Assembly (NCBI RefSeq): GCF_006345805.1
Contig: NC_043000.1
Span: 72,788,001-72,852,000 of the forward strand
Direction: 5' to 3'
DNA: 64,000 nt
Source of the DNA: Octopus sinensis
Lineage: Eukaryota
Positions 1 to 12,704 of this stretch are shown here, in pieces; the stretch's first letter is position 1; every line of letters starts with the position of its first letter. Made by a program: the position numbers and the translations under genes. The notes under the pieces were generated by a model that saw only the letters and a program-made list of their open reading frames with translations, was not told the DNA's origin and searched no databases.

Positions 1-7
1 AAAATAA

Positions 8-280
8 TTAACAAGAATAACTTCGGTAATTTGGTACGATCGTTTCATGCTACATCATTTTATTAAATGTTGTAAATATTACAAGAGTTTTAAAATTAAA
101 TTAATACATAATTTTCATATTATATGAAAATTATGTAATAATGGAAAACCTCTATTAATGACTGATGAGTGCTCAGCATATTTTAAAACTGTTCTAATAC
201 TTACAACATTTAATAAAATGATGTAGCGTGAAATGATCGTACAAAATTACCAAAGTTATTCTTGTTTCTTATTTTGATTA
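8..280. mobile_element. Penelope-like pseudo-LTR remnant arranged as an inverted repeat
   Basis: 8-100 is the reverse complement of ~180-280 around a palindromic centre. The same family recurs at 37085-37200, 38140-38265 and partly 55034-55190. Carries CTGATGA (162-168) ... GAAATGATCGTA. Confidence 0.55.
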
Positions 281-585
281 TATATATATATATATATAAT
301 TTCAACAATTGAGGGTAAAATTAATTAATTATTAATTAATTTCACCAAGTATTCAGTATGTAAAGGGACCATTTAAGGCGAATTCAAAATATTACATTAT
401 ATAAAAGGGCTTAGTAAAATAAATTACTTTGCCACATACTGAACTCATTAGAAATAGCAGCTAAAAGATTTTTTCAGCTATTTCTAATACTTAAAGAAAA
501 TCTCTCTCAGATAGTGTTTGCTCAAACCAACTCACGAAGGTATGGGGGTAAAAGCATTAAAAAAATCACAAGTGCAAAGGTTATT

Positions 586-637
586 TGAGAACGTACGTTT
601 CTAGATTAGTCAAATCGACATTTCTTTCGTCAGCTCA
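586..637 (-). ncRNA. minimal type-I hammerhead ribozyme-like motif (stem II degenerate)
   Basis: Minus strand reads TGAG-CTGACGA-(stem II)-GAAAC-GTAC-GTT-CTCA. Stem I TGAG/CTCA, palindromic stem III ACGTACGT, stem II only partly paired. Confidence 0.4.
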
Positions 638-795
638 GAACTCCTTGATTCGGATTTGGGAACACTGAAAGTGGGAGCATACCCTTTTGGCTTCTTATCA
701 CCTCCTGAGATCCGCTCGAACTGACAGTGCTAACAAATTCAAAATATGCAAGCTAATCTAGAAACGTACGTTCTCAAATAACCTTTGCATTTGAT

Positions 796-895
796 NNNNN
801 NNNNNNNNNNNNNNNNNNNNNNNNNNNNNNNNNNNNNNNNNNNNNNNNNNNNNNNNNNNNNNNNNNNNNNNNNNNNNNNNNNNNNNNNNNNNNNN
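796..895. other. assembly gap (100 N)
   Basis: Run of N. Confidence 1.
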
Positions 896-1334
896 ATATA
901 TGTACAAAAACCACCTTTTATCAATTCAAAATGAACAATTAAATTACACCATCTAGAAAATTACATATTTGATTTTTTGATTTTGATTTTTCTAGTTTCA
1001 GCTAATGAGCTGTGGCCATGCTGGGGCACCGCCATCTGGTTTGCTACACGATTTTTACCTCACGGATGCTTTTTAGCAAACGCCATCTGATGCATGAAAT
1101 AGAAATATTAAAATTAAAATAACAATAACATACCGATGATTAAGTAAATTGCAAAATAATAATAAAAAGGTATATATTTGGTAGAATAAGGTTTTTATTA
1201 TTATTTTGCAATTTACTTCATCATCGGTATATTATTGTTATTTATATGTAATTTTCTAGATGGTGTAATTAAATTTTTTCCTTTTGAATTGATAAAAGGT
1301 GGATTTTTTTCTCATTTTTATATATATATATTAT

Positions 1335-1690
1335 CATCATTATTTAACGTCTGTTTTCCATGCTAGCATGGGTTGGATGGTTCGACCGGGATCTGGGAAG
1401 CCAGAAGATTGCACCAGGCTCCAGTCTGATCTAGCAGTGTTTCAACAGCTGGATGCCCTTCCTAACGCCAACCACTCCGTGAGTGTAGTGGGTGCTTTTT
1501 ACGAGCCACCAGCACAGGAGCCAGGCAAGGCTGGCAACGGCCACGATCGGTTGGTGCTTTTTACATGTCACTGGCACAGAATCCAGTCAAGGCGGTGCTG
1601 GCATCAGCCACATTCGGATGGTGCTTTTTACGTGCCACCAGCACAGGGATCACAACTACAATTTCCATTGATTTTGATGTTGATGTACTA
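1335..1690 (-). mobile_element. RTE 3'-tail-derived short element (SINE-like or truncated RTE)
   Basis: Reverse complement of the RTE 3' UTR (gtgccggtggcacgtaaaaagcacc modules, ggaagggcatccagc, catgctagcatggaaa, (ATG)n tail) seen at 24900-25505. Confidence 0.8.
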
Positions 1691-1766
1691 TATTTTGTGA
1701 AATTTGATTTAGTATTTCTAATTGAATTTTTCCCTGTAAGTTAGGAATAATATTCCCTCAAATAAT

Positions 1767-1810
<44 letters not shown>

Positions 1811-2072
1811 TATATATAATACCTATACATACATATATATCTATCTATACATATGTACATATATATATCTATCTGCACATATGTACATATATATATCTAT
1901 CTACACATATGCACATATATATATCTATCTGCACATATGCACATATATATATCTATCTATACATATATATATATATCTATCTTCTAAATATATATTATAT
2001 CTATCTATCTAAATATATATATATATCTATCTATCTAAATATATATATATATATATATATAGTATATATATA

Positions 2073-2112
<40 letters not shown>

Positions 2113-2578
2113 GCATATATATATATATTTGGCTTTTGAATTGTAGTGGGTTTGGTTATTATCATTATTATTATATTATTATTATTATTGTTGTTGTTGT
2201 GGAAATATTATTATTTCTATAATAGTTTCTTGATAGTTATTAGTTATGTTATCTATTTATTTAGTATGCTTTATTATTATTTTTATAAAGGGATTCAACG
2301 TATTACATATAATTTAATTTGAGAATTTATTTTGTTAGACAATATATTATTTAATAATTAGGTGGTATATTTATCACGTAGTATTACATTTAAGTAAATT
2401 AGTTTTTATATTAATTGATATTTTGGTCAACTATATTATTGAGTGAAATATTAAATCTATAGATACTACATACATATTAATTATATAATTAATTTATATA
2501 ATGGGTGTGTGCATATTTGAACCATTTCCTATTTTTGATTCCAGTATTTATGGCTTGTACTAACAGTGTGTATATTAA

Positions 2579-3515
2579 CCCTTTCGTTACTATATTTCTG
2601 ACCAAAATACACCCCTCATGAGTTTCAATTAAATTCTAAAATAATCATGAATCTAGGCTTGTTTCATTAAATAACTGTAACTTTCTTACTTATCAACATT
2701 TTAATGTGATATTTGGAACATAATTAAAGAAAGGGTTCTTAATCAATTCTATTGCATAACTTTTGTCTCAAAGTGACTTTAATTACAGGTAAATCCAGGT
2801 AAATTGAGCAAAGCTAAAAATATTAAATTTTAAATTGAGCAAAAGGTAAAAATATTAAAATTTTGTTTAAACATCACCATAGAAAATTAATCATCAGCTA
2901 ATATTCAAATGGGTATGCAACAAAATTTTGATAAAGAAGAATTGTGCACATCACTATATCATCAGTAGAATTTAATGCACAACAGGTGTACCATAAAGGT
3001 GGAATAAAGTGAAATACTGGAATCCACCGCAAGTTTGACCGAACTAAAGAAATCGGTCAAAAAATAATATACGGCCCTGGTTATGGTATGGAAGTGATAA
3101 ATTCCAGACCACATCGTTCCCTAGGCCATGCTGACTAACATTATTTTCCCTGTATAAAAACTAAATCCACCACAGTACCCAGTATTTGCTTCACAGATTT
3201 TCCAATTCGGAATCAATGCTTGATAACATGAAACTCCAATCCATTTTCAAAATTTAAGAAAAATCGATGCCGAAAAAAATGTGGAAAAAAATCTCCCAAA
3301 ATTCAGGGAATTAAAATTACATGTCGATCGTTGTACAAAACTGTAGATGAACTGTTTACGAAGTATAATCACGTGTTTTCACGAGTGCACTAAAGAGATT
3401 TGCTCTGATATTCTCATTTAAATATGAATAGGTAAATTCGGACGGCTTTGGGCGGTTTGGTCACATTAACCAAAATTTTTTTCGGGCGGCTTTGGGCGGT
3501 TTGGTAACGAAAGGG
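2579..3515. mobile_element. piggyBac-type non-autonomous element (MITE)
   Basis: TTAA|CCCTTTCGTTAC ... GTAACGAAAGGG|TTAA: perfect 12-bp TIR and TTAA target duplication. Subterminal direct repeat cggctttgggcggtttggt x2 near the right end. No transposase ORF. Confidence 0.85.
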
Positions 3516-3681
3516 TTAATTAACACTAAGGTTTTTAGTATAAATTGCCTAATGGGTATTAGACTTTATTTGGATGTTTATTAAATAAATATACTAATTA
3601 ATAATTTGATTTAATGTATATAGTTTAAAGTGTTGTATATAGTTTTTACTTAATGTATATTTTGTATCTCATATATATATA

Positions 3682-5287
3682 TATTGGGGCCAAAATGTTC
3701 AGAACGGCATTGTTTTCGTCAGAAAAGTAAGCATAAGTTTTTATCAAAGTAGTTTTATATTCTATAATTTTCACAGACGATAAATACAATATTAATTGTT
3801 ATTGTCTGAGATTTTGGTGTAATTTGAGAGGATAATACAAAAGTTATGGATGATTTAGTGATTTACTGCAAAACCCATGGCGGCCAAAATGATCAGAACG
3901 GTTGAAAAAATAACAAAATAATCAAAAATGACAGAGAATACTGGAATTATTTAATATTTAGTGTGAAGCCCTTTAGCTTCAATCACACTCTGACATCTTC
4001 GACTGCATGAGGAAATTAAATTTTCAATTTCTTGCTGGGTGATCTTATTCCATTCCTCCTGAAGGGCATTCCATAATTGCTCATTTGTTTTAGGATTTCT
4101 GGCTTTCGAACGTTCTCCTAGAATATTCCATCCATTTTCAATAGGATTGAGATCTGGGCTTTGAGCAGGCCAATCTATAACAATAACCTTTTCACCCTTG
4201 AGGAAGTTCATGACCACCTTAGCCTTGTGACATGGGGCATTGTCCTGCATGAATATGGGTGGTCGCTTAGTTGAATTTCTCAGCACAGGCAAGACATGAT
4301 CTTTTACAAGTTGTTTATAAACTCCTGCATTTAACTTTCCATGTAATCGCACCAAAGGGCCCACACTCCAGATATCATCCCCCAAACCATGACACTTCCT
4401 CCACCAAATTTAACACTAGTCTTAAGGCATTTAGGTGACAATTTTTCACCTACTTTTCTACGAACGTACCTTTTCCCATCTGAGCCAAATAACATAAACT
4501 TAGATTCATCACTGAAATGCACCGTTTGCCATTTTTCTTGAGACCACAACACATGTTTGGTTGCAAAGGTAAGACGACAATTTTTATTCTTGGAGCTGAT
4601 CAGTGGCTTCACTGCAGGTGATCTTGCTTGTAGGTCATGTTCAACTAAACGAGACACAGTTTTTCGAGATAAAGTTTTCTTCAATACAATGCTCATTTTC
4701 CGAGAAACAGCAGCAGCAGTTTTAAATCTGTCCTTTTTAACCAACTTTACCATAGCACGATCTTGGTCGTTTTTCTTGGCCTACCTGTAAACTTTCTTGC
4801 TTCACATGAACCACAATCATCGTAGACCTTAAGAATACCATGTACAACACATTTTGACTTGTTAACAATCTTTGCAATAGATCCAATACTTAAATTATCC
4901 TTCCTTCGAAGCTTAATAATCTGCTGACGAATTGGTAATGGAGTAAGTGGCATTATATTAACAAAGTACACTGCAAATATTCTTACTAATGTTTAGTAAA
5001 CGAACCGTCACGTAAAGAAATTCAAAACATTAGAGTTCGCCGGTTAAATATACTAAAACACGGAGTAAAAGCAACCGTTCTGATCAGTTTGGCCGCCATG
5101 GGTTTTGCAGTAAATCACTAAATCATCCATAACTGTTGTACTATCCTCTCAAATTACACCAAAATCTCAGGCAATAACAAATAATATCGTATTTATTGTC
5201 TATGAAAATTATAGAATATAAAACAACTTTGATAAAAAATTATATCTACTGCCGAAAACAATGCTGTTCTGAACATTTTGGCCGCCA

Positions 5288-5290
<3 letters not shown>
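3682..5290 (-). mobile_element. Tc1-family DNA transposon with long (~220 bp) IR/DR-type terminal inverted repeats
   Basis: 3685-3900 and 5075-5290 are inverted copies, each with an internal ggcggccaaa..g.tc.agaacg direct repeat. Right end CACTG|TA; left end decayed; inserted in (TA)n. Confidence 0.9.
3951..4971 (-). pseudogene. Tc1 DD34E transposase, frameshifted in three pieces
   Basis: ORFs 4747-4971 (paired-like HTH, TGRPRKT), 4331-4753 (HFSDESKF, GGGSVMVWG) and 3951-4385 (FMQDNAPCH...SPDLNPIENGW). Confidence 0.9.
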
Positions 5291-5358
<68 letters not shown>

Positions 5359-5434
5359 AAAGAATATATTTGTATTTTACAAGATTATTTACGTATGTTT
5401 ATTAATTAATTATTTTATTATTGTAGTTATCTTT

Positions 5435-5536
5435 AACCTGATGAGTGGCTTTATTTATATTGGAGTGATTTTACTACTACTATTAATATTTTTACTATAA
5501 TCATTTCTTAAATATAGCCATGAAACACTTGTCATT
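5435..5536 (+). ncRNA. degenerate minimal hammerhead motif in a PLE terminus
   Basis: AAC-CTGATGA-GTGGCT...AGCCAT-GAAAC-ACTT-GTC-ATT. Core and 6-bp stem II intact; stem I broken by one substitution (a related copy near 52440, minus strand, reads GTC-GTT). Confidence 0.4.
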
Positions 5537-5609
5537 ATTCTACCAAATATATACGTTTTATTTATTATTTTGCACATTACTTAATCATTGTTATATGTTT
5601 CATCTTATA

Positions 5610-6004
5610 CTAGCAGTATCGCCCGGCGTTGCTCGGGTTTGTAAGGGAAATAATTATATAAGCATTTTTAGAGATGTAAAGTATAATAGCCATCTCAATA
5701 TGGCTAACCACAAAGGGGGAGGGGTGTTACTGTAGCTTTTTACGTTCTGAGATTTAATAATAAATTTTAGAGAGTTACTTCCCTTATATATGTCAAAAAT
5801 GGATTAAAAATGGGAAAAATTGATGGTAAATTTTTTTTTAAATCGTAGACTCATCGTAGACGTGCGCTAATACCCAGACGGTCTCGATATGAATCACGAC
5901 TATAAGATACCCGGTTTTGGTTAAACTGCACTGCAAAATGTGGGAGTAGTTAGGAATCTAAATCGTAGGAGACAGACACACAACCTCACTTTTATATATC
6001 AAGA
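5610..6004 (-). mobile_element. non-autonomous Helitron
   Basis: Minus strand: A|TC ... CCCGAGCAACGCCGGG hairpin ... CTAG|T; no TSD. Confidence 0.8.
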
Positions 6005-6172
6005 TTTCCTCTATTTACATAATATTGAGGTCTCTTTCTTTCTTTTGTTATCTTACTGTTTTTACCAATATACATATATATATTATATATATATATAATA
6101 TATATATAGTTACAGAGATGTACTTGCATAGCAAGTGACTTGATCTGAGATCGTGTGCTGGAACGAAAACAG

Positions 6173-6431
6173 TTGCAGCGTTGAAGGTGTTTATAAGCCA
6201 TTTAAGAAACACTCAAAAACCGTTAGATTCACTTCAACATTTAAATTTAATTTGTCAAAATATTTTCGGCGCTTTGAGACCGCGACCTGTTAGCACAATA
6301 TTTTTGTCAGTGAACAGGTCGTGGTCTCAAAGCGAGGAAAATATTTTGGCAAATTAAATTTAAATGTTGAAGTGAATCTAACGGTTTTTGTGTGTTTCTT
6401 AAATGGCTTACAAACACCTTCCACGCTGCAA
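6173..6431. repeat. fold-back inverted repeat, ~119-bp arms, ~21-nt loop
   Basis: ttgcagcgttgaaggtg...gacctgtt (6173-6291) versus aacaggtc...cgctgcaa (6313-6431). Confidence 0.9.
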
Positions 6432-6489
6432 TATATATATACACACATATATATATATGTATGTATGTATGTGTATATGTGTATGCATG

Positions 6490-6700
6490 TATATGTGTGT
6501 GTGTGCGTGTCTGTGCTTGTGATTGTCCTCCACCACTGCTTGACAACGAATGTTGGTTTGTTTACATCCCTGTCACCTAGTGGTTTGACAAAGGAAACAG
6601 ATAGAATAAGTACAATGCTTACAAAAATAAAACTGGAGTTGATTCATTAAACTACAATTCTTCAAGGCATTGCCCCAGCATGGCCACAGACCAATGGCTG
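6490..6700 (+). mobile_element. 3' half of the tRNA/CORE-type SINE
   Basis: Diverged match to 32890-33090 (cttgacaac..., gatagaataagtac, ccagcatggcc). Confidence 0.7.
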
Positions 6701-6790
6701 CAAAAAGCAGAAGAATAAAAGAATACATTCTCTGCTTTGGTCTTATGTTCAAGGCATGAGAAAGCTTGAGTTTACATGAGAAGGCCTAAC

Positions 6791-7080
6791 AGACCTGGTA
6801 GAAACAGCAGCCAAATCTCCCTCAAATCACACCTTACTGTCTTATGTATGTATATATATATATGAGCCAATGAGGGGGACCTCTACATGGTAGCTAGACC
6901 TGGTAGAAATAGCAGCCAAATTTCCCCCAAATCACACCTTACTGTCTTATCTATGTATATATGTATGTATGAGCCTATGAGGGAGACCCCTACATGGCAG
7001 CTAGACATGGTAGAAATAGCAGCCAAATCTCCCTCAAATCACACCTTACTGTCTTATGTATGTATATATATATATACAAG
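6791..7080 (+). repeat. tandem repeat, ~105-107 bp x ~2.8
   Basis: agacctggtagaaa.agcagccaaatctccctcaaatcacaccttactgtctta starts at 6791, 6896 and 7003. Confidence 0.9.
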
Positions 7081-7656
7081 CCACTACGGTTATTTAATGT
7101 AAAGTCTTCCTCAAATCACTCTCGCTATTTACTCTCTTCCAAGAACATTTTCACTCACTCTTATCTCTTAGCTTGCCATAGATTTTACTCATGTATCTAT
7201 CAGCGTGATAGACAGAAACAAATATTACATCGCCATCGCATTCTATTGTCTACCTGTCAACAGACACAGTGAATTACTTTCATTTTATTCGTTGCACACT
7301 GTGTGTGTGCGTGTGCGTGTGGTGTAAACCACATTAAGAAAAGCATTTGACATACACACCAGAAAGTGAGTTATCTGTAAATTTTGCTTAATTGGAGTTT
7401 AAATTTTAAAAACTGGACCTGGCACGACCCGATGCATTCTACTCTTAAAAATGCTAGGTAAATTGTAATTGAAGAAATCCTATATTGTAGATTTCTATAA
7501 CTGACAAAGGGAGGCAGATAAAATCTGCCTTTTATAATAAGAGATTTAATCTTTCTATAATATGTAAGTTTCTAGATGGTATAATTTAATTTTCATTATT
7601 GAATTGATAAAAGGTGTTTTTTTTCTAATTTATACATATATATATATATATATAAT

Positions 7657-7707
<51 letters not shown>

Positions 7708-7724
7708 GTTTTATATGTATCATC

Positions 7725-8700
7725 ATAATCATCGTTGTTTAACGTCCGCTTTCCATGCTGGCATGGGTTGGACGGTTTGACTAAGGACTGGCAAGCCAGG
7801 AAAAGTTTCTACACCTGAATGCCCTTCCTAACACCAACCACTCCGAGAGTGTAGTAGATGTTTTTACATGCCACCAGCACAAGAGACAGTCCGGTAGTAT
7901 TGGCAACAGCCACACTCAAGTGGTGATTTTTACGTGCCAGCTGCATGGAAACCAGTCTGTCGGCATTGGCAACAACCACACTCAAATGTTGTTTTTCACA
8001 TGCAACTGGCACATATGCCAGTGAGGCAATGCTGGCAACGATCACACTCGAATGGTGATTTTCATGTGCCTCCAGCACGGGAGCCAGTCAGCAGCCCTGG
8101 CAACAATCATGCTCGGATGCCCTGGCAATGTTCCATTGGCACGAGTACCAATCATGCAGTACTATCATCGGCCATGTCAGCAATTTTAATTTCACCACCT
8201 TCAACAGGTCTTTGCAAGCAAATTTTATTGTCCAATGAATGAAGGGTACTCATAAGTGGCCTGGTTATACACCACTGGCATAGGCCATGTGTTATGGTCT
8301 CACTTAGCTTCTCAGGTCTTCTCAAGCACAGCGTATCTCCAAAGGTCTCAGTCATTAATTATTGCCTCGGTGAGGGCCAATGTTCGAAGGACGTACTTCA
8401 CCACCTCACCCCATATTTTCCTGGGTCTACCTCGACACTTTTTCACACTGCTGTCCTCATTCATTCAAAACACATGACCATACCAACGCAGTCGTCTATC
8501 TTGCCTACCACATCTGATGCTTAAGTCCAACTTTTCTCTCAGGGCGTTTACATTCTGTCATGTATGCACACTGACATTACACATCCAGCAGAGGATACTG
8601 GCTTCATTCTGTACAAGCTTACGCATGTCCTCAGCAGTCACGGCCCATGTTTCACTGCCATGTAGCATGGCTGTTCGTACACGTGCATCATACAGTCTAC
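7725..8700 (-). mobile_element. degenerate 3' end of RTE LINE (RT C-terminus plus 3' UTR)
   Basis: Reverse complement matches 24470-25500 (gtacgaacagccatgctacatggcagtgaaacatgggccgtg, 3' tail). Confidence 0.8.
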
Positions 8701-8734
8701 CTTTTACTCTGAGAAAGGTGAAGAGGAGAGAAGA

Positions 8735-9770
8735 ATAGGGAAAGGGTGGGAGTGAAAAACAAAAAGTAAGAAGAAGAAGAGAGGGAGATACATAGAAAGA
8801 AAAGAGATAGAATAAGAGTGTGCATCATAATTACTAAGATAAAACTTACTTGGAAAAGGATGCATGGCATTCGATCATATAATAATATAAATAATAAATA
8901 AATATACACATATATACATACATATATATACATGCTTACATATATATGTATATACATATGCATACAAGGGTACAGGACATCAAACAACGTGGACAAAATG
9001 AGAAACGAGAACATAAAAAACAATAACATAGAAAATGAACATTTTTTGAACAATGAAAAAAACAGAGAAACTAGACATGCAACATAAAGAACATTCCCTT
9101 CATCAGTTGTCCCCTGTTTTATCTACACGACGTTTCGAAGGTAAGGACAAGATACATCTTCGTTAAAACAGTCCTTCCCGCAAAGCAAATTAAATAAAAT
9201 TTGGGATTTTTTGCAGAGGGTGAAAGTGGCAACAAAAACAAGACAGTGAGAACAAAACATTAAAAGCAAACGGTGAGGGCTGTTAAGCCAAGACAATGTG
9301 AAGTAGTTAACGCTGGATAAACGAGCTTTGAGAAGAGACAGATAAAAGCACATCTTGTCGTTAGGAAGGAAGTGGAAGAAAGAAAGATGGATGGCTGTTA
9401 GTCACATGTGAGCAATGAGAAAGTCAAGGAGGAAGAATGAGAGAGAGAGGGAATGGTGAAGGGGAGAGGAGAAAAATAGGGAAAGGGTGAGAGAGGAAAA
9501 CAGAAAGGTTTTTCCACATTTTTTGATGTCCTGTACCCATATATGCATGTATATATACATATATATGTAGGTATGTACATATGTATGTATATATGCATAT
9601 ATTTATATTATCATATGATCGAACGCCACGAATCCTTTTCCAAATAAGCTTTATCTTAATAATCACAATGCGCACTCTTATTCTATCTCTTTTCTGTCTA
9701 TCTGTCACCATCTCGTTCTTCTTCCTTTCTGTTTCAAGTACATTCTCTTTCCTGAGCATAAAATATCCTC
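8735..9770. mobile_element. element with ~260-bp inverted arms (probable PLE inverted-terminus structure)
   Basis: 8735-8995 is the reverse complement of ~9515-9770 (tgatgtcctgtaccc...tatgatcgaa...ccttttccaa.taag...cactcttattctatctc). Confidence 0.6.
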
Positions 9771-10289
9771 TTCCCAGGTGACAGAAACTTATATGTCAGA
9801 TTGTTGCACAAGTTCTAGCTGTTTTGATAAGGGAAATCAGAAAAGTTTGAAATGATTTCATCAGCATTTACTTGTACCAAAGAGCACTCTTTCGATAGAC
9901 AGCACATTGATCTCATAAGTGTGATGTAGTGGAAATAAATGCAGTTACCAAACTTTCAATTCATCATTTCATCTTTTTGCATTTCAATTTGTACATATGT
10001 ACTCCCAAATGTGTAGAAGCATTCTTTATTTTTTAATCATTATCTGCTGATATCAAAATAAGTAGTATATTTAAAGACATTTTCTCGGGGAGGCTCATTT
10101 GAAACTCCAAGGATCAAAACGGGGATCTTTAGCCAAAATGGGTTGAGAACCTTTGTTCTAAGACATCACCCAGTAATCTATCAAGTCCATTCACACATTT
10201 CTCAATACATACTTATAACTTCCCTCCCTCATTCTACGCCTCCATTGTAGATGGGTAAATTTGTTAGTATATATAATCCAAAGAGACAA

Positions 10290-10715
10290 TAGCATAGTAG
10301 ACAAAGCCATGAAGGCTATGAAACAGGAAAAGCCTCTGGCCTGTCTGAAATAACCACTAGGAAGCTTAAAATATCTGGCAGTGTGGGTTATGGTCTAGTC
10401 ACCTGTATAGTTAATCAGTTTGTACATGAAGGAGTCATACACAATTATTGTTATTGCAGCAAAAATAAAGGTGAAGTCTTAGATAGAAATAATTACAGAG
10501 ATATCAAATTGTTGGATCAGGTGATGAAGGCTACAGAGACAGTCATAGGCCAACTAGGGACAGGGTTAGTCTAGATGAGGTTTTGTTTCAAAGAGAAGCA
10601 CCACTGATGCTATATTTCAGGTAAGGCAGCTGCAGGAGAAGTACCTAGCAAAATTCAAACCTCTGTACTTGGCTTGTTAACATGGAGAAAGCCTTTGACA
10701 GGATCCCCCAATCCC
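10290..10715 (+). mobile_element. degenerate RTE RT fragment
   Basis: Translates to ...NYRDIKLLDQVMK...; matches 56040-56400. Confidence 0.7.
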
Positions 10716-10761
10716 TATGATGATGATAATGTTGTATGTATGTATGCAAATATTAATATTC

Positions 10762-10878
10762 AGCACAAGTAACAGAATGGCTCAAGGTTCGAGAGTTTCG
10801 TGCATTGGCACTCATCAAAGTTTGATAAGTGTCAACACATGAAACTCTCAGACCTTGAATCACTCTGTTACTTCTGCT
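10762..10878. repeat. imperfect palindrome, 58-bp arms, 1-nt loop
   Basis: The arms align with 47/58 identity; 10 of 11 differences are transitions. Confidence 0.85.
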
Positions 10879-11345
10879 AATTATTAATAAAAATATACAT
10901 ATACTCATATTTTGAGCTCTATTTTTCCTGTTTACATTAACATACCTGTGTGTGTGTGTGTGTGTGTGCGCGCGCACGTGCGTGTGTCTGTGTGCACACA
11001 CATTTGTCTAGATAGTATGTGATAGGATGGTCTTCCACAAAAACATGTCTAGCTATGTGAAAATATTACATTGCTTGCAAACAAGTGAGAGTTGGCAACA
11101 GGAAAAGCATCCAAGAGTAGAAAATCTGCCTCAGCAAATTCTGTCTGATGCAAGCATGGAAGGTGAACACTAAATGATAATGATGGGTTTCCAACTTGTT
11201 ACATTATTTGAGAAATACGTTTTGCATACATTTCATACAGTTAAAAGACAGAAAACATTTAAAAGAGATTTTTCTGACCAAACTTCCCTTTCTCATAGAT
11301 ATTATTCCTATTATTTGAAATAAGACAAACTGTTAATACACTTAC

Positions 11346-11419
11346 ACTCTGAACAAGTGGATTCTTACTGGTAACACCTCTATGTTGAAGACATATTGTT
11401 GTGGATTCCTTTTCACTCT
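11346..11419 (-). CDS. RNF113A: RING finger protein 113A (Cwc24)-like, coding exon 2
   Basis: Acceptor ttttattttgtaacAG, donor GTAAGT. 74 nt = 2+72, phase-compatible with exon 1. (E)SEKESTTICLQHRGVTSKNPLVQS resembles the RNF113A 'HNPMIQKT' motif. Confidence 0.65.
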
Positions 11420-11884
11420 CTGTTACAAAATAAAATGCAATTTTTCAGATATAATATCAACACACACGAATCATATACATGACAAAACTATAGGCTAGAT
11501 GCATTATAAAAAGCATATGAAACAATTGCATGAACCAGTTTTTCAAAGACTCAGAGATTCGTACTGTAAAGTACATCACTTTTCTCATCTACTCATGTAC
11601 AGTATACTATTACTACCTAGTGATTCTCTCATCATAACTTCAGCAAGTACCGTGTGAAATCTATGTTTAGCTAAAAACATTATAATAGGACCAAACAAAA
11701 ACAAGTTGTCACTGGTACTTGGAAAAATAGTTAAAATAATACTATACATTATTGAGAACTATCATATCTTCATCATAATCATCATTGCTTTACATATTTT
11801 CCATGATAAACTAGGGACAGGTCACCCCAGTAAACATATATAAATATATATATATACATATGTATATATAAATATCTACATATA

Positions 11885-12255
11885 CTCTTTTATTCTCTTA
11901 CTTCTTTCAGTCATTTGAATGTGGCCATGCTGGAGCACCGCCTTTAGTCAAGCAAATCGACCCTGGGACTTATTCTTTGAAAGCCCAGTACTTATTCTAT
12001 CGGCCTCTTTTGCCGAACCACTAAGTGACGGGGGCATAAACACACCAGCATTGGTTGTCAAGCAATGCTAGGGGGACAAAAACACACACATATATATATG
12101 CATATATACGACAGTTTCCGTCTACCAAATCCACTCACAAGGGTTTGATCGGCCTGACAATATAGTAGAAGACACTTGCCCAAGATGCCACACAGTGGGA
12201 CTGAACCTGGAACCATGTGGTTGGTAAGCAAACTACTTACCACACAGCCACTCCT
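11885..12255 (-). mobile_element. tRNA/CORE-type SINE, full length
   Basis: Reverse complement of the 32696-33092 element. Confidence 0.85.
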
Positions 12256-12700
12256 GCTGTATATGTATATATAAATATATATATATACATATGTATATAA
12301 AAATATATAGATATACATATGTATATAAAAATATATATATACATATGTATATATAAATATATATACATATGTATATAAAAAATATATATACACATGTATA
12401 TAAAAAATATAAATACATATGCATATAAAAATATATATAAACATATGTATATATAAATATATAAATACATATGTATATAAAAATATATATATACATATGT
12501 ATATATAAATATATAAATACATATGTACATGGAAATATATATATGTATATATAAATATATGCATATATATATATATAGACATATGTATATATAAATATAT
12601 ATATATATACATATGTATATATGAATATATATATACATATATACATATGTATATATAAATATATATATACATATGTATATATGAATATATATATACATAT
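12256..12700. repeat. (TA)n-derived compound microsatellite
   Basis: Repeated catatgtatataaa(ta)n units; source of spurious Y/I-rich ORFs. Confidence 0.95.
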
Positions 12701-12704
12701 GTCC

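Noticed and set aside
7159-7249. Possible minus-strand exon TIECDGDVIFVSVYHADRYMSKIYGKLRDK with a GTGAGT donor as RNF113A-like exon 3
   Set aside because: No resemblance to the expected conserved RNF113A segment, and the better acceptor 4 nt upstream gives a stop in the required phase. RNA-seq would be needed to revive it.
9085-9145. Permuted (type II) hammerhead on the minus strand: CCTTC-GAAAC...GTA...CTGATGAAGG
   Set aside because: Stem I does not pair and the stem II register would consume G8/A9.
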